64,000 bases of DNA from a virus (taxonomy: Duplodnaviria; Caudoviricetes): IMG/VR virus record IMGVR_UViG_3300035208_001463, positions 32,001 through 96,000 of that record; one strand, 5' to 3'. A program made the translations under genes and the position numbers. Shown here in pieces: positions 20,492 to 31,698 of this stretch. A model generated the notes under the pieces. The model saw only the letters and a program-made list of their open reading frames with translations. It did not search any database and was not told where the DNA came from. Position 1 is the first letter of the stretch, and every line of letters starts with the position of its first letter.

Positions 20492-21526
20492 ATAATTCTC
20501 TTTATATTTATACTTGTTGGTGCTTTTCTTCGTATTTTTAATGTGGGGTATCAATGTTTGTGGACGGAGGAAATTTACAGTCTCGAAATATCTTCTTTGT
20601 CAATCACAGACTTAATATTTAAATCTTTCGCTTCTGATTTCAATCCTCCCATTTACTATATCTTCGCGCACATATCACTTATTTTAACGAGTGGATTAGA
20701 TTTTTCGATTAGATACCCATCGGTAATAACAGGGATATTATTAATTCCTGTGATGTATTGGCTTGGTGCTACGTATAAAGATGAGGCGACGGGAATTTAT
20801 TGCGCGGGTCTTACAACCATACTACTTCCATTCATATATTACGCTCAATTCGGACGCGCGTATTCAATGTCTTTATTGTTCTTCGCGCTCGCGTTGGTTT
20901 ATTATATTAAAGTGAAAAACGAAAACACACGAACCGATAGAATTTTGTTTTGGGCGTTGGCAGTAATAAACGTGTGGATACATCTGTTTGCTGCAATACC
21001 CATTGGATTAATGTGTGTAGACCTATTACTTGACCGAAAACATTGGTTGTGTGGAATTGGTGCAGGAATATGTAGTTTGCCGCTTCTAGGTATGCTGGTG
21101 AATGTTTTAAGCACACGTACACACCAAGCGTTTAATTATGGTGCTTCAATTATTCAAATGGTTGTGCTGACACCAATGGAATTTTTCAACACTATATTCT
21201 TGAATATCTTTGTATTGGCGGGTGTAGGCGCGTGGTATGATAAAAATCCCATTAAAAAGAATTTAATAGTGATAACGGTAATTACGTTGATTGTGGGGGT
21301 TGTGGGATCTTGTTATACTCCGTTCTTCCCACGATACTATATGACGGTATCGTTGATTATTCTGTTGATGTGTTCGGCGGGTATTGTAGAATTGACGAAA
21401 ACATGTTCCAAAAAAATAGGTAAAAATTTAGATTATATTATTCTGATAATACTATTTGTGGTATTTATCTGGATGGAATTTCCTAATTTGGTGAGTCATT
21501 ATACTATAATGCAGTATGAGTGTTAA
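20492..21526 (+). CDS. GT-C fold (PMT/ArnT-like) membrane glycosyltransferase; start uncertain
   Basis: FLRIFNVGYQCLWTEEIYS, DFNPPIYY, IRYPS, YYAQFGRAYS, FPRY motifs; many TM helices; first TM lies upstream of the listed GTG at 20543. Confidence 0.8.
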   Translation: MILFIFILVGAFLRIFNVGYQCLWTEEIYSLEISSLSITDLIFKSFASDFNPPIYYIFAHISLILTSGLDFSIRYPSVITGILLIPVMYWLGATYKDEATGIYCAGLTTILLPFIYYAQFGRAYSMSLLFFALALVYYIKVKNENTRTDRILFWALAVINVWIHLFAAIPIGLMCVDLLLDRKHWLCGIGAGICSLPLLGMLVNVLSTRTHQAFNYGASIIQMVVLTPMEFFNTIFLNIFVLAGVGAWYDKNPIKKNLIVITVITLIVGVVGSCYTPFFPRYYMTVSLIILLMCSAGIVELTKTCSKKIGKNLDYIILIILFVVFIWMEFPNLVSHYTIMQYEC

Positions 21527-21533
21527 AAAAGAA

Positions 21534-24500
21534 TTAAATCTTATGATCCTTCACGTATTCCAGAAACGCCAAATATGCAAATTTCTTTCCTTCTTCTCTT
21601 GATTTGAATCCTTGAATATCATGGAAAGAAAATGCACTCATTAATTTGTCTGATGTTATCATAGGGCTTTTTACTTTATGCGACCAGAAAAATTCAAAAG
21701 CATCTTTAGTATTGGTGAAATTCTTTGAAGTAAGAGCACCATTTGCTTTGTTGTAAATGACTTTGTAGATCACTTTTTTCCCACCTCATAATAAAATTAA
21801 ATTTTGTCTCTTAATGCTTCATAAGCATTTTTATATTCAATACCATTTACAAATTTCCATTGATCTCCTTTTGAAACATATTTAGTAAGTCTCCAATGAT
21901 CACCTATTGAAACGGCACGGAGTTTTTCTCCTTTCTTCCCAATCGCATAAACATTATTTTTAGTAGAAGATATGATTTTTCCAGATTTAATAGATTTTGA
22001 TTTTTTGGTTGCTCTCATTTCCCCAACCCCCCAATAACAGATCCAGCTAAAGCTACCCCCATTCCAGCAATAGCGACATTTCCAACCATTTGAGTGGTTG
22101 CTTCCATCGTCCTTTCCATACTTTTAATTCCCTCGAATTCGGGGGATTTGCGCTTCTGCGGCTTACGTTTTGTTGTTTTTGTTTTGCGTGGCATGATTAC
22201 TCGTCCGTTTTATTTCTATGATAATTTGAATAGTTTATATCAGTGCGGTGTTTACTCGATTTTCCTTTAACCTTTCTAATTTTTCGCGTGTTTGCTACCG
22301 ATTCGTTAACATCTAATCTATATCTTCCCCGCGATTCTTTCTTTAATTTAACTGTACCTATTCTTTTATGTGATTGTACCATGTTATTTCACACCTTCTT
22401 CGTATGCGCCCAAACTGTGTAAATGTATCTATCTACATCTTTGTCTTTAGTTACATGCACAATTTCGGTGCCATATTTACGAACTCTCTTTGCTTCAGCA
22501 TCAGCATCTTTTTTAGTGTTGTGATATCCAACAACATAAAATTTCTTGTGATTAAAGATTCTCGATTGCATTTTTCACTTCCTCCCTTTCTAAATCCCCA
22601 ACTTCTTCTCCATCTTTTTCAATTCTACATAATACTGTGAACTTTCCAAAAGATGATCTTTCGCAATTGCTTTTGCCACACGTTTGCTTTTGGTATGTTC
22701 CATCTCTACCTTTATACCATATTTTAATTGTGTGGCATCAAAAAAAGAATCTGGATATTTTGAACCTTTGCCACCAATTTTTGTAGTCATTCCCTCTTAC
22801 CTCCAATCTTATTCCTTGCTAATGTTTCCCAAATGCTAAATGGCTTCATATACGTTTTTTCTTCTGTCGCTATTTTTACTTCCGGTTCTCCTTTTAGATG
22901 AAGACGGAGAAATTCGGACATGGTTATTTACCACTCAAACGTATCAAATCTTTTTCCACCGATGCTCTTCTTAAATGCGTGTTTACCCTTGTGCCGCCTT
23001 CCGAAATATAGATCATCTACAGCAAGTTTGGTTGGTTCATAACCACCCATCATAGAACTATGACGGTGGACTTTGGATTTTGTGCGTGTTCCGTATTTTC
23101 TTGTAGAAGTCATTTTAATCTACCTCAATTTCCCATTATAAAATTCATGCGCGGTCTTTTCAATAAGATGAAGTCTCCAATTCTTCCCAACCTTTTTGAC
23201 TTCGTAGCGTTTAATCATACTACCAATCTTTTGCACATAAGTCAGACCTACCGCGCGCTGCCCGGCTTTCTGTGCCTCAATTTTAGTTGGGTATTCACCT
23301 TCAACGTATCGTTTTCTTGACATTTCACAACCTCTAGATATACTTTCTACGTTATAGAAAATATTGCTATGTCTAATAGGTTAAATGTCAAAGTATAAAT
23401 AGTTATCTATTGTTGGAAAAAAGAGAAAATATTTGATTATATTATTATACAATAGGCTTCATCTGTTTAATTGCATATGGGACATCGCGCTTCAATCTAA
23501 TATATGAACTCAAATTAACATTGTGATAATTGGCAAATTTTTCTCTTGCTTGTTTCCCATTAATTGCAACAACGGGTCTGAAATCTTCTGTTCCACTCCA
23601 CCCGATATAAAAAATCTTTGGTTCTCCGGTTTTTGATTTAACAGCAACCATGATTTTTTTCCTATTTATTAGCGCGATCCGCATTCAACAACGCATTCGC
23701 GCGCTTCTTCATAAGTGCCGTTACACGAACCATCTTATTTCCCGTGGTTGTCGGGTTGTGTGCCACCATTCCAATCTTGGTATCCACAATTGCTTGGAGA
23801 AAAGTTAAAGGAATCTTTTCACTTGACGGTACACCGAGCTGCTTGTGAAATACACCTTTACCGGCCCGCTTAAAAGCGTCTTGCATCCATAGATTTGTTT
23901 TGCGCATTTTTGTTTCACCTTTAATCAATATTACTCTCTATTCCCACCACGACCAATAATATGAATCTTCCCCAATGGGTTTCGATTCATCATGGTGTTT
24001 TCCCCATCCGGCTGCAAAGCAACCTTATCCGACCCACCACCAGCCTCCTTCGCGCGGTTCATAAGGCCAAAGATGTCAACTTTCATCTTAATCCCTGTTC
24101 CCGCCCTTACCGGTAACGTTTCGGAATCTTCCAAGAAGCCCGTTGGAAAGCATACTCTCTCCCTGCGCTCCGGGTACGCTGTCTTGGCGTTCCTTCGTGT
24201 ATCCAGCAGTGCGATCCATGATTCCTTTTAAGTCAGGTGTCTTCATAAAGTCTTAATCTTCCCGAGGATTTTGGTTGTTTCCTCTTTTGTCTTACCCCAC
24301 GCATTATTGGCATCAAGCGGTTGCCCGTGATGCTTATTGTGGAGTATTGTTTGATCAGTTGTATGTTCCATATACTTAAACCTTTTGGTTAGTTTTTCGT
24401 TTGCTTCTTCGGCTACGTTGAATAGGTGTTTCATAATAATCTACCTCTTGTGTATATAAACAACATACCATGTTTGTGTATCCACAACACGAGCAAGATA

Positions 24501-26859
24501 TCCTTCTTTTCTTAATCGTTTTGCTTCCAAATTTGCTCTTTCTTTTGTTGAGAATGGATGATAAACATGATATGTTTTATCTCCAAATTTTCGTGTTCTT
24601 TCACTCATTTCCTCACCATCTTCTTCGTCTCTTTTTCCACACGCTCTACAACACCAGAAACAATCTTCTTCATTGATTCCAAACTAGACATTTTCTTGTG
24701 TGCTTCACAATGCGACTTTGACACTTCTTTGTTAAGTGTGTTGTATTTCAATACATCTTTGGGGTTGACTTTTTCAAGACCCCCTACTGTAGGTTCTTTC
24801 ATATTACTTCTCCCTCACATGTGTAGGCACATTATCTGCGCGAACGGGATTGATATTGCCCGTCGACGGGTGGAACTTGAACCACGCTCGTGCGCCACCC
24901 GGATGTGTTACAACAATATAGTTGTCTCCGGTCTCGCTGTCATACCGCGTTCCATACTTATCACCACGGAAGAATTTCATTGTTGAGTGGTCAAAGAAAT
25001 GACCACTTGATCGATTCTTCATTTCTTGTAGTGTATATCTACGTGTTTTGTTGGTCATGATAAATTACTTCCCCTTCTTCATTTCTCTCACTACATCTTC
25101 AATTTCCCCCTGCATTCCAGAAAGAAGTTCAACGGCAATTGCTTTTTTGGTAGAAGTGGGGATAACACCAATTTTCTTTTCATAATATTCTTCCGCTGCT
25201 CTTTTATATTTTTTAATGCCGGTTTCGGCGAGATATGTGACTAGTTTGATTGCCTTCTCGCGTTCATATATTCCTTTCACTTTCTTCTTCGCGAGATTCA
25301 CAACAATCGGTCTGTATTGCTGACGATAAAGTGTGCCATCAGATTCTACAGAGTCAACAATATATTGTGCAAATCCTCCGATACGTGTTCCAGATTTCAT
25401 TTCAAACCCTCGCACCCTTCGCAACAAACACTCCATAACGGAGTCGCCCTGCTTCCTTACCGAGATCCACAACAATAGCGAGTGTCATATAATCCTTATG
25501 CATTCGTCCTGCTTGTGTTCCCAAGTCGCGCGCAGATGCCTTTGCAGTCTGCACGTTTTCATATGCATCATAAATCGAATAAACATGACCACGGAATGAA
25601 TATCGCGTGATGTCTGGTGATTTCGCTCTGTGAATCATAGTTATTTCCTCCCCAAAATTTCAATCTCGTATACTCTAAATGGGGCGTCTGTATACATATA
25701 GTTTACGGAAAGTTTGTGTCCCTTTGCAGAAGGGTGATTCTTACGAAATGTTGCTTCTGCATTCTTTTTGTTGTGTGCTGCTTGGAGAGTCATATTATTT
25801 CCTTCCTCCGGACTTCCCTTTAATTGATGTAGGTGATTTCCATGTGCTATACTGATATCCGGTAATATATCCTCCGATGTATAGAGTGTGGATATAATTT
25901 TTCCATGCTTCTCGCATTTCAAATTTATTGCTTTCTCCGTAATGTTTAATAGTGGATGGTAAAATGTTTTTTATAAAATATTTTTCTGCTTCTCGTTTTA
26001 ATAATTTAGTTACCATAATTATTTCCTCCGTTTAGGAACTTTCACAAGTGATTTTTCCGCCCATGTTAAATACTGTCCTTGTGGTCCATGTACCTTATAA
26101 TGCCAACCAATATGTCCTTCAAATCTGTAATCAAGGTATCCAATTTTCCCCACATAATATGTGGAATCTTTAACTTTAACAATATCGCCAATTTTGTATT
26201 TTGGTTTTCTTACATTGCGTCCGTTGTAATACATTTTACTTACTCCCCCAATAAATAAACACCGCGTATGGTTTTGATTCAATATAACTTTTTCTGATTA
26301 TAAGTTTACTATTTGAATTACCTTTGTGTATCATTGCAGATTTACCCTTAATTTCAGCATATCGTTTTGAAGAATATGAGTTGTAATAAACATAAAGTTT
26401 TCCATTTATTTTCCTAGTTGGTTCAAATACCATTTTAAACCACCACAATCCTCCCCCCTCTTGAAGAGGTAGGAACCAATGTAATCTTGTTGTTCCCCAG
26501 ATCCTTTCTGATTTCTACTTGTCCCTCTGACATCGGAATTGGATCATCCGGATCTCCAAGAATCTTAACTTTGTAAGGAACAGGACGTCCATTAACGCGC
26601 CGTCCCTTTGGAACGGTCATTACGAGATTGCCTTTTGCGCGGGAATAGTGGCCTATTTCGATGGACATGGTTACTTCCTCCTGACGTAAACATGATACCA
26701 ATTTCTCATTTCTTTTTCAATTCGCACGTAGTGCGTGGGTTCATAATATTTTTTCCAATAATTTGCCCGAGCCATTGTGTGTACAGAATGTGCGTGTCTA
26801 AATCTCATACCATTAAAAACTTCTGTTTTTTCTGATTCGCCACGGTGATTTTCAACCAT
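21534..26859 (-). CDS. Cluster of about 20 tiny, mostly Lys/Arg-rich ORFs
   Basis: ORF track plus unlisted 22015-22194 and 24088-24246; GGAGG/GGTGA RBSs; promoters near 23400, 24460 and 26945. Confidence 0.7.
22590..22790 (-). CDS. DUF5661-like small protein
   Basis: GIKVEMEHT...AKAIAKDHLLE..YY..L. Confidence 0.65.
   Translation of the reverse strand: MTTKIGGKGSKYPDSFFDATQLKYGIKVEMEHTKSKRVAKAIAKDHLLESSQYYVELKKMEKKLGI
23931..24086 (-). CDS. 51-aa peptide, paralog of 24088-24246
   Basis: MKVDIFGLMNR...LGKIHIIGRGGNRE. Confidence 0.7.
   Translation of the reverse strand: MKVDIFGLMNRAKEAGGGSDKVALQPDGENTMMNRNPLGKIHIIGRGGNRE
24088..24246 (-). CDS. 52-aa peptide (not in ORF track), paralog of 23931-24086
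   Basis: Hand translation MKTPDLKGIMDR...LGRFRNVTGKGGNRD. Confidence 0.7.
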   Translation of the reverse strand: MKTPDLKGIMDRTAGYTKERQDSVPGAQGESMLSNGLLGRFRNVTGKGGNRD

Positions 26860-26963
26860 TTTTCTCTCCTATCCCATATAGTGAGTTTTCACGATAAATT
26901 AATTTTGTTGTTATGAGATATGAAAATAGTTTGTGGTTATAGTATATAAATGTTTGCTTAAAA

Positions 26964-28148
26964 TTATTTTTTGTATTTCTTAATAATATTTGCATGTTTA
27001 ACTTTGTAAATCTCATATTCTTCTTTTGTCAAATAACACTTTTTACCTTCTTTCGTTCGTTGTTCAACACGATCTTCTAAAAATTTAATCCACCAAATTT
27101 TATCCCTTCCAGATTTTTTATTCCCCCTCACAATTCCGTGTTCTTCATGTGTTAATAAAACAAATTTATTGGGATCTTCTTTGATATAATATTTAATCCA
27201 ATCCGGGTTTTTATTTGAACCGTTATTAATCCAAGCGTAATATCCTCCAGCGTCCTCATCCCAAATGCAACATGCTTTCTCTTGCCAGTATAAGTGATGT
27301 CTATCTAATGCATATCCCCTATGGTTTTCAAATCTCGTTTTACCAGATAATATGCTTTTAAAATCATAAGCTGCATCTATACGATTCTTTAAATCTTTAT
27401 TCCATTTTTCACAATAATATAATCTCGTTGGGCCGCGTAAAATATGGTGACCATACCAAAATAGTTCTCCGGTTAATTGTTCTATCCAAGATACATTTTC
27501 ACTTCGGAGTATCATGCTTTCTTTATTTTTAGGATCATTCATCCTTTTTATCATACCACTTTTAAAATTTTTTATATACTCTTCGTTTTCTTTATGGAGA
27601 AGTAACACAGTATTTCGTATTTTTTCTACATTTTCCTTGTTTTTACAAGCGCAATCAAAACATCTATAATTCTCCTCGGGTTTATCAAAATTGCATTTAT
27701 AGTCGGTTCTTTCCTTCCCACAGTCTATACATTTATAAGTTACGGTTCCAACACGTATGTGTTTTCTAGAACATTTGTAGCACCTGTATTCAGATATTTT
27801 GTAGTGTTTGGCATCACTCGGTCTTACTTTTCTTTCTCTACCACAATCAGAACATTTTAATACTATTCGTTCGGATCTTCTATTTTTCTGTGCACATGTA
27901 TAACATCTATACTCTTCACGTGGCTTTTTAAAATCGGATGGGTATAAAGTTCTCTCTTTTCCACAATCTATGCACGCATAAGTTACTTTATTATTTTTCC
28001 TTCTATCCGGATTTATTTCCCACCAATGTTTACCAGCACATGAATGGCATCTATAGTCTTCTATCCATACACCGTCTTTATAAAAACGAGATTTTTGTGC
28101 TGTCTTCTCTTTTCCACAATCAACACAATATCTAGTGATTATTACCAT
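26964..28148 (-). CDS. Multi-Zn-finger protein with C-terminal HNH-like endonuclease domain
   Basis: Repeated C.DCGKER...YRC..C units; RHH...NKFVLLTHEEH; paralog of 60745-62043. Confidence 0.7.
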   Translation of the reverse strand: MVIITRYCVDCGKEKTAQKSRFYKDGVWIEDYRCHSCAGKHWWEINPDRRKNNKVTYACIDCGKERTLYPSDFKKPREEYRCYTCAQKNRRSERIVLKCSDCGRERKVRPSDAKHYKISEYRCYKCSRKHIRVGTVTYKCIDCGKERTDYKCNFDKPEENYRCFDCACKNKENVEKIRNTVLLLHKENEEYIKNFKSGMIKRMNDPKNKESMILRSENVSWIEQLTGELFWYGHHILRGPTRLYYCEKWNKDLKNRIDAAYDFKSILSGKTRFENHRGYALDRHHLYWQEKACCIWDEDAGGYYAWINNGSNKNPDWIKYYIKEDPNKFVLLTHEEHGIVRGNKKSGRDKIWWIKFLEDRVEQRTKEGKKCYLTKEEYEIYKVKHANIIKKYKK

Positions 28149-28358
28149 TATTTAATTATATGTTTTTATAGTATATAAATTGTTCTGATCATAAAATACT
28201 ATAATAAATTTCAAAAGTTTCATCGAAAAAAGATATTTTATTTTTATTTTATTAGGAGTGGTGAAAAACATCCTCTTATGAGAGAGGGAAGCATAAACCG
28301 CTTGCCACGCGTGGCAGTCTCACCGTCACGGATTTTGACGGATCATCGCCGGGTTAAA

Positions 28359-28547
28359 TTAATCCATAGTATATGGGTATTTATAAAATTTGTGCTTTAC
28401 TCCACTACCGTTGCAACACGGGCACACAACATTTAGGCCCGTTTGAGCATTTCGTTGTACCCCAGATCCACCACAGCATTTACAAGTATTATCTTTTGGA
28501 ATAGGATCTCCAATTCGATTATTATTAAGTTTATTAAATTCAATCAT
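28359..28547 (-). CDS. Small DnaJ-type Zn-finger protein
   Basis: CKCCGGSG...CPCCNGSG. Confidence 0.6.
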   Translation of the reverse strand: MIEFNKLNNNRIGDPIPKDNTCKCCGGSGVQRNAQTGLNVVCPCCNGSGVKHKFYKYPYTMD

Positions 28548-28697
28548 ATTGTCGTCACCAACTCATAAGGTGGAACAGAAATTCCCAATGCACACATATG
28601 TGGAATATCCTCAACATTGTGTGTTTTGAACACACATTCTCTACTATCGCACCATTTGCATATCCAAATGTATGAATATCTCATGTCTTTCATATGA

Positions 28698-29387
28698 TCA
28701 CCTCACCCCCACTTTCGCACGAAACCCATCAAAGATTTCACTCATCCGAATATCATACAAGAAATCTTCGAATGGTTTTGGATCTACTTCATCCGGAAGC
28801 ATAGACTTTTCTTTTGCAAGATCAAGATATCTAAACCATTTTCCGATATTCTCATTTGTTATTTCATCTTCGGGTGGTTTGAATTCGATTTTGTGATTCA
28901 TAAGCATTGTAACCCCGAATTGAAGTGTTCGCATAGTGGTTGCTTTGCTTTTTAACGGGTCTTTTACACTTGCACGTTTTATTGCATCATTGAGTTGTGA
29001 ATGTGCCATTCCATTAATAGATGCATAGGATGACTTTGAAAGATTGTCGGTTACAATATCACGAAGTTTTGAAAGCCATTCGCTATCTTTATGAATGATT
29101 GGCGAGCATACGCTCCATATTGCATTTACATTGCCTTTTTTAAGCAGGTTGACAAGATGACCAATCTCCATATATTGTGCATCGATTTCTTTTGTATTCT
29201 CGAAGTAGGATTTTGCTGCACGGGTCTTTTCGAATGTGCTACCGCGCAGGTATTCGGAAGATGGCTGTTGAAATACATGGAACAGATCATAATCTGAACT
29301 GGGAGTGGCCATTCCCCACATACGGGAGCCTACTTCGGTGATGAAGAGATAGTTATCAGTCATCATACCATCTCGAAGGTCTCCCAT
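28698..29387 (-). CDS. Pol-beta superfamily nucleotidyltransferase (YcgL-like)
   Basis: VGSRMWGMATPSSDYD; LLKKGNVNA..V.SP. Confidence 0.85.
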   Translation of the reverse strand: MGDLRDGMMTDNYLFITEVGSRMWGMATPSSDYDLFHVFQQPSSEYLRGSTFEKTRAAKSYFENTKEIDAQYMEIGHLVNLLKKGNVNAIWSVCSPIIHKDSEWLSKLRDIVTDNLSKSSYASINGMAHSQLNDAIKRASVKDPLKSKATTMRTLQFGVTMLMNHKIEFKPPEDEITNENIGKWFRYLDLAKEKSMLPDEVDPKPFEDFLYDIRMSEIFDGFRAKVGVR

Positions 29388-29874
29388 TCACCCAATCGTG
29401 TTTATAAGCCTCATCCCTCGTCACTTCAATTGTAACGCGGTCATCGTCTCTCCAATACCTGTCATTGTAGTAATAATATCGTGTATTGCTCCAATGGTGC
29501 GAGATGATGTTTATGTAGTCCACTTTATAAACAATCGCATTATATGGCGTGTATGTCGATACAACATGAAACTGTACACGATCTCCAATATTTAATTCAT
29601 CGTAGTATGAATAAGGAACATCAAAGATCCTAGTATCCTCTCTTATATTGACCTGCGCGAAACCCGCTGCACACGTCATGCTCGATATTGTAACCACATT
29701 CGTGAGATATGTAGGATCAGGCGTTGGTGTAGGCACAGGAGTAGGTGCAACCGTTACTACTGTGGGAGCGTTTACGTGTCCGTAGTTGTATCCTGCGTAG
29801 GCAATTGATGCTGATAAAAGCAGGATTGCGATGACAAAGATCGGGGTTGTGATGTCTTTTGTGTCGATGGTCAT
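29356..29874 (-). CDS. Membrane-anchored protein with PT linker
   Basis: N-terminal TM; APTPVPTPTPDP. Confidence 0.6.
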   Translation of the reverse strand: MTIDTKDITTPIFVIAILLLSASIAYAGYNYGHVNAPTVVTVAPTPVPTPTPDPTYLTNVVTISSMTCAAGFAQVNIREDTRIFDVPYSYYDELNIGDRVQFHVVSTYTPYNAIVYKVDYINIISHHWSNTRYYYYNDRYWRDDDRVTIEVTRDEAYKHDWVNGRPSRWYDD

Positions 29875-30085
29875 TTAAATCACCTCATCATGATATTTAC
29901 ATTCAATTGCATCATCATCACCGTTAACATAATATTCGCAACCAAGACAATCCTCTGCGTTTGCGGAACCATCTTCTGAAATGGGGCAATCTCCTATGAT
30001 TTTAGAAATGTTATGAAACGTTGTCATTTCTTTTCACCACTTTGTTAATTCTGTATACGCGTTATTAGTATTTATACTTTATCTT

Positions 30086-30896
30086 TCAATGTCCGGGTTT
30101 CTTTATAACGAATTCCCCATTCTTCTTTAGTATAATTCTCGTGTGCATCTTGTGTTTTTGCCAATGTGCGAAAACATCAAATTTGGACTGTATTTCGTTT
30201 CCTCCCCATGTATATATTCCACCTTCGAGTTCCCAAACGTATGGAGTGGAATCTTTCTTTTGATGTCCATATACCTTTCTTCGGGGTTTCCCAAATAGTT
30301 CATTTAAAGCGTGTTTTAAATTAATATTTATATCTTTCCACAATTGTTTTCCTTCTACACCAACCGCAATTATCGAATCCCCATTTATCCTAGCATCGGG
30401 GCGACCTGTTAGAAACACCATTGTTATTTTTTCAGTCATATAATATACACTTCGCTGTTTGCATATTTATACTTTTTCAAACTTCCACAAATTTCCCATA
30501 CTTCTCCCCACTATCAGGTGGAAGATACACCTCTTCCAATTCTGGATACCCTACAATAATATTACCATTTTCAACACGCGCGGTATACGTGCACCTTTTC
30601 ACTTGCTCATGCCACGCTTGGTGACTTCGAAAATACAAAACATCCCCACGAGTTGTAACAACTTTGAGATTTGTTGGGTCTGTAGATCTCACTGTATAGG
30701 TGATAAATTCGGGATAATCGATGGGTGATGCTGTAACAACTGGCGCAACCGTGGATGTGGGAGTAGTAGTCTGATAAATAACCACCGTTTGTGGATTTGT
30801 TCGATCTACTACAATTCCAATACCACATGCTAGGATAAACCCTGCTATTAGGGTTATGGTGATGAGGTATGCGGCTCCAAGTAGTTTTTCTTTCAT
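30086..30896 (-). CDS. Hypothetical proteins 30086-30439 and membrane-anchored 30477-30896
   Basis: ORF track; TM and T/P linker in the latter. Confidence 0.55.
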
Positions 30897-30951
30897 AGAA
30901 TAATAGTATTGGGGATTAAAGTATAAATGGTTTGTGGTGTGTTATTTGGTA

Positions 30952-31581
30952 TTAAATAATATCCCCACCACAAGAAAGTATTGTTTTTGCTACTACATAT
31001 GTTTTAAATGCTTCAAATTCATCATCATATGTTCCCAAATTATATCTTTTTCCGTTATATGAAATTCTTGATTTCCATTTAGATGCATCCTTATTCCAAT
31101 ATACTCCTTTATATTGTGAGGTTTGTATTTCTTTTTGAATTTTATATGGGTTTTTACATGCTATATTATATGCATTGGCAGCGTCATCTTCTAAATCATA
31201 ATATCCCAAACTATTTTGTTTTCCATCTACTATAATTCTAGCGTACCATTTTTTATCACGTGAATGCCATACTACACCCGGATATTTTGATGTTTTTATT
31301 TGATGTCTATTCTGTGCGTTTTGTCTAGTAGTTACAATTCTCAAATTATATTTTTGATTGTTCAATCCGTTTCCATCAATATGATCTGTGAACATACCAT
31401 CTGGTATATATTTTAATACTTCTCGATGCATACGAATTATTTTTCTAGTTTTTGATTCCTTCCTCTCTGCGTATGATGTGTGTTCACGCACACGAGCACA
31501 CCATTTGTATTTATTTAACTCTTCAAAATCATCGTCATCAACTAGTGCAATTTTACCTTGCGTAAGTGGTATTTCTCTCAT
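30952..31581 (-). CDS. HNH endonuclease with two AP2 DNA-binding domains
   Basis: DHIDGNGLNN..NLR; SKYPGV.W...KW.ARI; YKGVYW. Confidence 0.9.
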   Translation of the reverse strand: MREIPLTQGKIALVDDDDFEELNKYKWCARVREHTSYAERKESKTRKIIRMHREVLKYIPDGMFTDHIDGNGLNNQKYNLRIVTTRQNAQNRHQIKTSKYPGVVWHSRDKKWYARIIVDGKQNSLGYYDLEDDAANAYNIACKNPYKIQKEIQTSQYKGVYWNKDASKWKSRISYNGKRYNLGTYDDEFEAFKTYVVAKTILSCGGDII

Positions 31582-31698
31582 ATCTCATCCTCACAATATC
31601 CACAAAAACAACACCAATATTTTTCCACAACTCCGTTATTTCCCGGAACAAACATTCGGTACATGTTCCAGTGACAGTATGGGCAGAATTCTTCCGAA

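Noticed and set aside
28300-28352. Hammerhead ribozyme on the minus strand (GATGA-stem-GAGAC)
   Set aside because: Core deviates from CUGANGA/GAAA and there is no NUH cleavage triplet in position
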